Below, piece by piece: positions 1 to 5,156 of a stretch of DNA of 5,156 nucleotides. Positions within the stretch are counted from its first letter, which is position 1, and the number at the start of each line of letters is the position of its first letter. The stretch is taken from the IMG/VR virus record IMGVR_UViG_2740892258_000011. The stretch is one strand, 5' to 3'. The notes beneath the pieces were generated by a model. It made no database searches, was not told the DNA's origin, and worked only from the letters and a program-made list of their open reading frames with translations. Source of the DNA: a virus. Taxonomy: Duplodnaviria; Heunggongvirae; Uroviricota; Caudoviricetes. The translations under genes and the position numbers were made by a program.

Positions 1-631
<631 letters not shown>

Positions 632-870
632 TTACCGCCGCGCCATTTCGCGGATTGCCACAACCGGAAGCGCACGGTCGACGAAAATTTAACGACAGGC
701 TATCTATGAACCAGCTACCTCGCCGTGCGCTTTCGCGTTATGGTCTGACTTTTCAGGGAAATATCCTTTCAGTAAACTGTCAGTGCCGGATGCTCACCCG
801 TGTCCGGCGCACGCACTCCACCTCACCCGTGGAGAACTCCTTAATTACCAACCTTAGCTTCGTTGGTTAG

Positions 871-1092
871 CTATTCACGCGGGTATGTAATCATTCTGGC
901 AATGCTTAATGCCGCTGCTTTTTCCAGATTGGTGATATCCTGCTCCAGAGCGGACAGATTTTCAGCCTGCTTAGCCCTGGCTTCATTGGCCCATTTCAAA
1001 TCCTGCGCTGCATTAATTTTCTGGCGCATCCACTCATAAAGTTCATCATTGGTATAGTCTGGCGCGATGATGACGGGTTCTCGTTTCTGCAT
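871..1092 (-). CDS. YdfC-like small prophage protein (73 aa), function unknown
   Basis: ORF-track protein MQKREPVIIAPDYTNDELYEWMRQKINAAQDLKWANEARAKQ..., with GAGGAA RBS 6-8 nt upstream of the ATG at 1090-1092. Size and position (third gene of leftward operon) resemble ydfC of the Qin dicB operon; homology is recalled, not searched. Confidence 0.6.
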   Translation of the reverse strand: MQKREPVIIAPDYTNDELYEWMRQKINAAQDLKWANEARAKQAENLSALEQDITNLEKAAALSIARMITYPRE

Positions 1093-1121
1093 ACTGATTC
1101 CTCGCGGTGCTGCTTCGCTTA

Positions 1122-1250
1122 TCAGCCGTTAGATTTTGCCGAGCTGGAAAGCGCCTGTTTAAACTCACTGAAGCTGAGAGCTTCTTCGCCTTCGGCAAGG
1201 CCTTCGAAGTATTCTTCGTAAGCCTTTTCCATGATTGTGTCGAAATCCAT
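1122..1250 (-). CDS. YdfB-like micro-protein (42 aa), acidic, function unknown
   Basis: Hand translation of the minus strand gives MDFDTIMEKAYEEYFEGLAEGEEALSFSEFKQALSSSAKSNG*. ATG at 1248-1250 preceded by AGGTGA; stop TGA at 1122-1124. Below the ORF-track length cutoff. Size and position match ydfB/ydaG-type genes. Confidence 0.55.
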   Translation of the reverse strand: MDFDTIMEKAYEEYFEGLAEGEEALSFSEFKQALSSSAKSNG

Positions 1251-1251
1251 A

Positions 1252-1407
1252 TCACTCACCTGAGTTTCTTTCCAGCCAGCGACGGGCACCATTTTCGGTT
1301 TTAAACGTTTTGCTTTTGGTATACGTCATCGCGGTGAACGTACCGTCCTGGTTGGGGAACACGCCACATACCAGAGATTCGCTGTTGCCAAGATCGATAG
1401 TATCCAT
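1252..1407 (-). CDS. YdfA/YdaF-like (DUF1391-type) small prophage protein, 51 aa
   Basis: MDTIDLGNSESLVCGVFPNQDGTFTAMTYTKSKTFKTENGARRWLERNSGE*, with GAGG RBS 6 nt upstream of the ATG at 1405-1407. The ORF track offers a longer form starting at 1488 (78 aa); the 51-aa form is preferred by family size. Stop lies 1 nt from the ydfB-like start. Confidence 0.6.
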   Translation of the reverse strand: MDTIDLGNSESLVCGVFPNQDGTFTAMTYTKSKTFKTENGARRWLERNSGE

Positions 1408-1586
1408 GCTGACCTCATTTCCCCTTAACGCCGGGGTAGCGGAACAAAAACCTGCTGCATAGTTATTAAAGTTGAACCCTGCCGTCATGTTCTTACGCCT
1501 CGGGCTGGCTACTTAACCCCTGACCACTGCCTGGTAACTAGAAGTATTGCCCTGCATTCTGTGGGGTGGGGAGAGGGAATGAATTA

Positions 1587-1615
1587 AGTTTAGAAAAATG
1601 AACTTTTCAGGTCAA
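1587..1615 (-). promoter_or_regulatory. PL-like sigma70 promoter for the leftward early operon
   Basis: On the minus strand: TTGACC (reverse complement of 1610-1615), 17-bp spacer, TAAACT (reverse complement of 1587-1592). Sits in the 290-bp gap between the CI-like stop and the ydfA-like gene, oriented toward ydfA/B/C. Confidence 0.5.
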
Positions 1616-1699
1616 TGTTTTTTTATCAAAACATTTTAAGCAGGCAGCTGTTAAGCCATCACCACGATGGCATACAGTTAATCAAATAGATGAGGTCGG

Positions 1700-2338
1700 T
1701 TAAATATTTTGTTGAATTTTAAAGCATACGCCCAATATGCAAGATAGATCATCCAGCATAATTGAAGGGTAGCGAGGATTCGTGGGGACTAAAAGAATAT
1801 CCGGCCCTTCTATCTCCAGTTTACGAATGACAGGTGTTGTGGTCCCTTTGGGTAAGGCAAGGACAATATTTCCTGGTTGTACGGTTCGATCGGGATCAAC
1901 AAAAACTGTTGAACCATTTGGGATGGAAACTCCCCCACCAGATGTTGACATACTGTCACTCTCTAGAACAACTGCAAAGGTATTGGCCGGGATTTCTCCG
2001 ACAAGCTGCACACAAGAGGTTATTGAGGAATTTTTCATATAATCACTCCAGCTTGCTGCCTGCTGAAGTGATAGTAGCGGAACCGTTTTTATCGGCGGTA
2101 AAGATAGATCAAGCGAATCACCTGTATTTAACTCTCCTCCATTAAGAAGCCAATTTTCGTTTACTTTCAATATTTTTGCCAGTGAACTTATGTAACGCGA
2201 GGACGGCGCTCCTCCACCGTTCATCCATTGACTTACGGAGCCTTTTGATGCGCCAGTGGCATTGACAAGGTCTTTGCCTTTCAGGTTTAGCGCATGCATA
2301 CGTTGGGTTATGCGTTCAGATATTGTTTGCTTGTTCAT
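1700..2338 (-). CDS. CI-like prophage repressor: N-terminal HTH plus C-terminal LexA/S24-type autopeptidase domain (212 aa)
   Basis: C-terminal half aligns by eye to lambda CI: SDSM vs GNSM (catalytic Ser), VDPDRTVQPGN vs VDPEQAVEPGD, RKL vs KKL (catalytic Lys), NPRYP vs NPQYP. N-terminus has an HTH-like segment (GASKGSVSQWMNG). Divergent from the cro-like gene. Confidence 0.85.
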   Translation of the reverse strand: MNKQTISERITQRMHALNLKGKDLVNATGASKGSVSQWMNGGGAPSSRYISSLAKILKVNENWLLNGGELNTGDSLDLSLPPIKTVPLLSLQQAASWSDYMKNSSITSCVQLVGEIPANTFAVVLESDSMSTSGGGVSIPNGSTVFVDPDRTVQPGNIVLALPKGTTTPVIRKLEIEGPDILLVPTNPRYPSIMLDDLSCILGVCFKIQQNI

Positions 2339-2339
2339 G

Positions 2340-2400
2340 TTTTGATTTTAAAACACAGATGGTTTTGTTTCTTGACTTTCTTTGGTTTTGATTATTAAAC
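2340..2400. promoter_or_regulatory. Divergent PR/PRM control region with candidate operators
   Basis: PR candidate: TTGACT at 2372-2377, with AT-rich -10 candidates at 2392-2400. PRM candidate on the minus strand: TAAAAT (reverse complement of 2345-2350) 6 bp upstream of the CI-like ATG, no Shine-Dalgarno. Repeated motifs TTTTGATTTTAAAAC (2340-2354), AAAAC-N7-GTTTT (2350-2366) and TTTTGATTATTAAAC (2386-2400). Confidence 0.5.
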
Positions 2401-2429
2401 TTTTGGCGTTCAGTTTTATGGAGCGACTC

Positions 2430-2672
2430 ATGAAAAAATCAGAAGTATTAGGCTATTTTGGCGGAGTTGTTAAAACAGCCGCAGCTCTAGGAACGTCAAA
2501 AACCACAGTCAGCATGTGGGGGGAAGAGGTTCCGTGGAAATGGGCGTTGCTAATTCAGGCAGTCACTGCCGGGGCGCTCAAATATGAGTTACACATACCG
2601 ACGGTTGTCATTCCCGGTTCTGATCATAATCCGCCTTCTAACCAAGGGGGGATTCATGAAAATCAAGCATGA
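2430..2672 (+). CDS. Cro-like / YdaS-like HTH protein (80 aa)
   Basis: ATG at 2430 with GGAG 8 nt upstream. MKKSEVLGYFGGVVKTAAALGTSKTTVSMWGEE... has a Cro/YdaS-like HTH pattern (GG...A..LG.S...VS.W). Divergent from CI-like gene. The ORF-track 5' extension from 2382 is judged untranslated. Confidence 0.7.
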   Translation: MKKSEVLGYFGGVVKTAAALGTSKTTVSMWGEEVPWKWALLIQAVTAGALKYELHIPTVVIPGSDHNPPSNQGGIHENQA

Positions 2673-2934
2673 ACACATCCGCATGGCGATGAATGCCTGG
2701 GCGCGTCCTGATGGCGAAAAAGTTCCGGCAGCTGGAATAACCCAGGCTTATTTTGAGTTGGGTATGACGTTTCCTGAACTGTACGACGACAGCCATCCGG
2801 AAGCCCTGGCTCGCAATACCCAGAAAATTTTCCGCTGGATAGAGAAAGACACCCCTGATGCAGTTGAAAAAATTCAGGCGTTGTTACCAGCGATCCCCGC
2901 CACAGGAAGAGACGGTGGTCAGCATTGCCGTTGA
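2656..2934 (+). CDS. YdaT-like / CII-position regulatory protein (92 aa), function uncertain
   Basis: ATG at 2656 preceded by a GGGGGG run; overlaps the cro-like gene by 17 bp. MKIKHEHIRMAMNAWARPDGEKVPAAG.... Family assignment is from memory and position (gene after cro). Confidence 0.45.
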   Translation: MKIKHEHIRMAMNAWARPDGEKVPAAGITQAYFELGMTFPELYDDSHPEALARNTQKIFRWIEKDTPDAVEKIQALLPAIPATGRDGGQHCR

Positions 2935-2956
2935 TCCTGAGTCTCCGGAATCTTTC

Positions 2957-3247
2957 ATGAAACGACCTAAACGTCGCCGCTGGGTTAACGAGAAATACAC
3001 ACGCTGGGTGAAGACACAGCCGTGTGCGTGTTGTGGTAAGCCAGCCGACGATCCCCATCACCTGATTGGTCATGGTCAGGGCGGAATGGGGACAAAATCT
3101 CACGATATTTTCACGCTACCGCTGTGTCGGGAGCATCACAACGAGCTTCATGCGGATCCTCTGGCGTTCGAAGAAAAGCATGGTTCTCAGGTTGATTTAA
3201 TTTTTCGTTTTCTTGATCACGCCTTTGCAACTGGCGTGCTTGGGTAA
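2957..3247 (+). CDS. YbcO-like (DUF1364-type) zinc-binding putative nuclease, 96 aa
   Basis: MKRPKRRRWVNEKYTRWVKTQPCACCGKPADDPHHLIGHGQGGMGTKSHDIFTLPLCREHHNELH.... The pattern CxxC...H.IG.G.GGMGTKSHD...C..HH resembles DLP12 YbcO (HIRLTGLCGTGTKPPD...CSACHDE), which is the same length. Internal ATG chosen over the 2858 start because the N-terminal extension would overlap the upstream gene by 77 bp. Confidence 0.55.
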   Translation: MKRPKRRRWVNEKYTRWVKTQPCACCGKPADDPHHLIGHGQGGMGTKSHDIFTLPLCREHHNELHADPLAFEEKHGSQVDLIFRFLDHAFATGVLG

Positions 3248-3259
3248 AAGAGGTGACTG

Positions 3260-3634
3260 ATGCTCATAGATTTGGTTTTACCTTACCCGCCGACGGTGAA
3301 CACTTACTGGCGACGCCGTGGCAGCACATATTTTATCTCGGAGGAGGGAAAGCGTTATCGCCGGGCTGTGGCGCTTATTGTTCGCCAGCAGCGGCTGAAA
3401 TTAAGCCTGTCCGGAAGGCTGGCGATAAAGGTGATTGCAGAGCCACCGGATAAGCGTCGTCGCGACCTGGACAATATCCTGAAAGCACCGCTGGATGCGC
3501 TGACGCATGCGGGAGTGTTAATGGACGATGAGCAGTTTGATGAAATCAATATCGTTCGTGGTCAGCCAGTATCTGGTGGACGTATGGGGGTGAAGATTTA
3601 CCCCATAATGCATGAAGAGCAGGTCAAAAAATGA
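3260..3634 (+). CDS. rusA: RusA-family Holliday junction resolvase (124 aa)
   Basis: AGAGGTGA RBS before ATG at 3260. ...YPPTVNTYWRRRGSTYFISEEGKRYR...PPDKRRRDLDNILKAPLDALTHAGVLMDDEQ... aligns to E. coli RusA (PWPPSNNRYYRHNRG...PDRRRRDLDNLQKAAFDAL). Confidence 0.85.
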   Translation: MLIDLVLPYPPTVNTYWRRRGSTYFISEEGKRYRRAVALIVRQQRLKLSLSGRLAIKVIAEPPDKRRRDLDNILKAPLDALTHAGVLMDDEQFDEINIVRGQPVSGGRMGVKIYPIMHEEQVKK

Positions 3635-4452
3635 AACTGGAAGATTTACCGAAATACTACTCCCCAAAATCCCCTGGCCTGACCGATGCATCGGCCTCAA
3701 CGTCAAAAGATGCGCTGAGTATCACTGATGTGATGGCCGCGCAGGGCATGACACAGAATCGGGCTGAGATGGGGTTTTCTGCGTTCCTGGGGAAAATGGG
3801 CATCAGTATGAATGACAGGGCGCGGGCAACAGAATTACTGGCAGATTATGCACTCAGTCGGTGCGATCGTGTGGCGGCGTTGAGAAAACTTCCGGCAGAA
3901 ATAAAACCGGTAGTGATGCGCATTATGGCTTCGTATGCGTTTGAAGATTATGCCCGTAGCGCGGCGAGCAAAAAACAGTGCCCTTGCTGTCACGGAAAAA
4001 AATTTATTGAAAGCGAGGTTTTTACAAACAAGATCCAGTATCCGGATGGTAAGCCACCAGTGTGGGCAAAGTGCACAAAAGGCGTGTATCCGTCTTACTG
4101 GGAAGAATGGAAAAAAGTCAGGGAGGTGGTAAAAGTTGCCTGTCCGGAGTGTGGCGGAAAGGGTGAGGTTTCCACCGCCTGTAAGGATTGCCGTGGGCGT
4201 GGTGTCGCCATTCATCGTGAAGAGTCGGTAAAACGTGGTATGCCTGTTATCAGAGATTGCCAGCGTTGTGGTGGTCGTGGCTGTGAAAGGCTGCCATCAA
4301 CGGAGGCATTTAATGCCATATGCAAAGTGACGAGTGCTATCACGCTTGATACGTGGAAAAAATCAGTGAAACGCTTTTACGATACGTTGGTGGTTCGGTT
4401 TGACATTGAAGAGGCATGGGCGGAGCGGCAGTTAAAGAGGGTAACGCGATAG
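3631..4452 (+). CDS. Lambda-family late antiterminator Q with enlarged cysteine-rich region (273 aa)
   Basis: ATGA overlap with the rusA stop. N- and C-terminal blocks match lambda Q: YYSPKSP vs FHSPKSP, ITDVMAAQGM vs GTDVMAAMGM, YAFEDYARSAA vs FAYADYCRSAA, YDTLVV...RVTR vs YDALVV...AVTR. The central region carries four CxxCxGxG-like repeats where lambda Q has two. Confidence 0.8.
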   Translation: MKLEDLPKYYSPKSPGLTDASASTSKDALSITDVMAAQGMTQNRAEMGFSAFLGKMGISMNDRARATELLADYALSRCDRVAALRKLPAEIKPVVMRIMASYAFEDYARSAASKKQCPCCHGKKFIESEVFTNKIQYPDGKPPVWAKCTKGVYPSYWEEWKKVREVVKVACPECGGKGEVSTACKDCRGRGVAIHREESVKRGMPVIRDCQRCGGRGCERLPSTEAFNAICKVTSAITLDTWKKSVKRFYDTLVVRFDIEEAWAERQLKRVTR

Positions 4453-4454
4453 TG

Positions 4455-4500
4455 TTGTTGATTTTTCCCGAATCTGTGGTAAATTTGCTCTAACGATGGG
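4455..4500 (+). promoter_or_regulatory. PR'-like late promoter with qut-like element
   Basis: TTGATT (4458-4463), 16-bp spacer, extended -10 TGgTAAATT (4477-4485). Downstream GGTAAATTTGCTCTAACGATGGG closely matches the lambda PR'/qut sequence GGTAAATTTGACTCAACGATGGG as I recall it. Confidence 0.6.
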
Positions 4501-4534
4501 CGTTTTATGCCTGACGTTAGAAGATTTTTTACAC

Positions 4535-4556
4535 CCCGCCGCCTGGCGGGTTTTTT
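4535..4556 (+). terminator. Rho-independent terminator (tR'-like) about 45-60 nt downstream of the PR' start
   Basis: Stem CCCGCC (4535-4540), loop GCCT, stem GGCGGG (4545-4550), then TTTTTT (4551-4556). Confidence 0.7.
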
Positions 4557-4676
4557 ATGACTGAAATCGCGTCAGTACAGTAAACGCGCTGGTGGCGGTG
4601 AATACCTGTCTTTCAGCTTGCTGGCTTTTTCGACAAGAGTTATTGGTGTGTCACGTTAACCGGAAAAGGAAAAGAC

Positions 4677-4874
4677 ATGCTAAAACAGCAGGATATGACA
4701 GAAACCGCCAGAGTGGTGTTTAATGAATTAAGCGTTACCGACCCGGCGACAGTCGGGGAGATAGCGCAGAATACTTACCTTTCACGCGAACGCTGCCAGT
4801 TAATACTGACTCAGCTGGTTATGGCGGGTCTGGCAGACTATCAGTTCGGTTGTTACAGACGCCTTCCGCAGTGA
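4677..4874 (+). CDS. Small hypothetical protein (65 aa), possible winged-helix DNA-binding fold
   Basis: ATG at 4677 with AAGGA RBS 8-9 nt upstream. The segment VGEIAQNTYLSRERCQLILTQLVMAGLA looks like a recognition helix-turn-helix, loosely reminiscent of PapI/FaeA-type small regulators. No confident homolog recalled. Confidence 0.4.
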   Translation: MLKQQDMTETARVVFNELSVTDPATVGEIAQNTYLSRERCQLILTQLVMAGLADYQFGCYRRLPQ

Positions 4875-4885
4875 AGGCTTTTTTA
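4861..4885 (+). terminator. Rho-independent terminator overlapping the stop codon of the small ORF
   Basis: Stem GCCTTC (4861-4866), loop CGCAGT, stem GAAGGC (4873-4878), then TTTTTTAT. Confidence 0.6.
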
Positions 4886-4901
4886 TTTGTGGTAAATGGG
4901 C

Positions 4902-4932
4902 GGCTGGTGGGTGTTAGGGGCACCCACCAGCC
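4902..4932. repeat. Perfect 12-bp inverted repeat with 7-nt spacer (strong hairpin or palindromic protein-binding site)
   Basis: GGCTGGTGGGTG (4902-4913), ttagggg, CACCCACCAGCC (4921-4932); arms are exact reverse complements. No T-run follows, so not a canonical intrinsic terminator. Confidence 0.6.
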
Positions 4933-5024
4933 ATCTGCTCATGCGTCCGGATCACAAGCAAACCTCAGGCCCACTGCTTTGCGCAAAAGCAGAATGAGCC
5001 TATCAGAGACAGGCTTAATGATCC

Positions 5025-5156
5025 ATGCTTAATACTGTAAAAATATCCAGTTGTGAGTTAATCAACGCCGACTGCCTGGAATTTATCCGGTCGTTACCCG
5101 AAAATTCTGTTGACCTGATAGTCACGGACCCGCCGTACTTTAAAGTGAAGCCTGAG
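5025..5156 (+). CDS. DNA methyltransferase (N6-adenine/N4-cytosine class, DPPY motif), N-terminal 44 codons; truncated by window end
   Basis: MLNTVKISSCELINADCLEFIRSLPENSVDLIVTDPPYFKVKPE. The block SVDLIVTDPPY is the catalytic motif IV, closely resembling YhdJ/phage Dam-like enzymes (SVDLIFADPPY). Weak RBS. Confidence 0.7.
   Translation, partial: MLNTVKISSCELINADCLEFIRSLPENSVDLIVTDPPYFKVKPE

Larger units (their letters stand above)
632..5156. mobile_element. Lambdoid prophage remnant (Qin/Rac/lambda-like mosaic), extends beyond window end; left boundary approximate
   Basis: Contiguous phage-type gene order: ydfC/B/A-like, PL, CI-like, PR/PRM, Cro-like, YdaT-like, YbcO-like, rusA, Q, PR'/qut, terminator, methyltransferase. 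Homology to host clsA ends at about 626-634. Confidence 0.8.

Noticed and set aside
655-870. Plus-strand 71-aa ORF in the junction region
   Set aside because: No RBS, arginine-rich low-complexity translation, and it overlaps the structured repeat/hairpin region. More likely non-coding.
1046-1462. ORFs 1046-1255 (-), 1107-1304 (+) and 1235-1462 (+) overlapping the ydfA/B/C-like genes
   Set aside because: They are out of frame or antisense to better-supported small genes, with basic low-complexity translations and no RBS.
1408-1488. Longer 78-aa form of the ydfA-like gene
   Set aside because: The family is about 51 aa and the internal ATG at 1405-1407 has a good GAGG RBS. The longer start cannot be excluded without homolog alignment.
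1782-2145. Plus-strand ORFs 1782-2042 and 1834-2145 inside the CI-like gene
   Set aside because: Antisense to a well-supported repressor gene, with no RBS.
2382-2429. N-terminal extension of the Cro-like ORF (96-aa form)
   Set aside because: It would begin inside the PR promoter/operator region. The ATG at 2430 has a proper GGAG RBS.
2858-2956. Upstream start for the YbcO-like gene (129-aa form)
   Set aside because: It would overlap the YdaT-like gene by 77 bp. The 96-aa form matches the family length.
2663-3103. Minus-strand 146-aa ORF
   Set aside because: Antisense to the YdaT-like and YbcO-like genes; no RBS and no recognisable domain.
3253-3706. ORFs 3253-3453 (+), 3355-3549 (-) and 3518-3706 (-)
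   Set aside because: Alternative frames or antisense within rusA and the Q start, which have strong homology support.
3835-4215. Minus-strand 126-aa ORF and plus-strand ORF 3935-4132 inside Q
   Set aside because: Antisense or out of frame relative to the Q gene, whose frame is supported by lambda Q homology at both ends.
4850-5032. Plus-strand 60-aa ORF spanning terminator, palindrome and methyltransferase start
   Set aside because: It runs through a terminator and a perfect palindrome, has no RBS, and is out of frame with the methyltransferase start at 5025.

Overview
The window spans a junction between E. coli-type host genes and a lambdoid (Qin/Rac-like mosaic) prophage remnant. All calls rest on reading the sequence and the ORF track plus recalled protein families; no database search was run. 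Host side (1-631, minus strand): a complete yciU and only the last ~88 codons of cardiolipin synthase clsA, whose frame hits a stop at 632-634. Prophage side (about 632 to the window end): a leftward cassette of three small YdfA/YdfB/YdfC-like proteins, a PL-like promoter, a LexA-type CI-like repressor, divergent PR/PRM, a YdaS-like Cro, a YdaT/CII-like protein, a YbcO-like protein, RusA, a lambda-family Q antiterminator with a lambda-like PR'/qut and terminator, a small possible winged-helix ORF, and the N-terminus of a DPPY-motif DNA methyltransferase. No integrase, excisionase, recombination or replication genes appear in the window, so this looks like a compact, possibly defective element. 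Points most worth follow-up: the clsA truncation junction, tandem hairpins with identical loops downstream of the ydfC-like gene, the Q protein's enlarged cysteine-rich region, and the small ORF plus perfect palindrome upstream of the methyltransferase.
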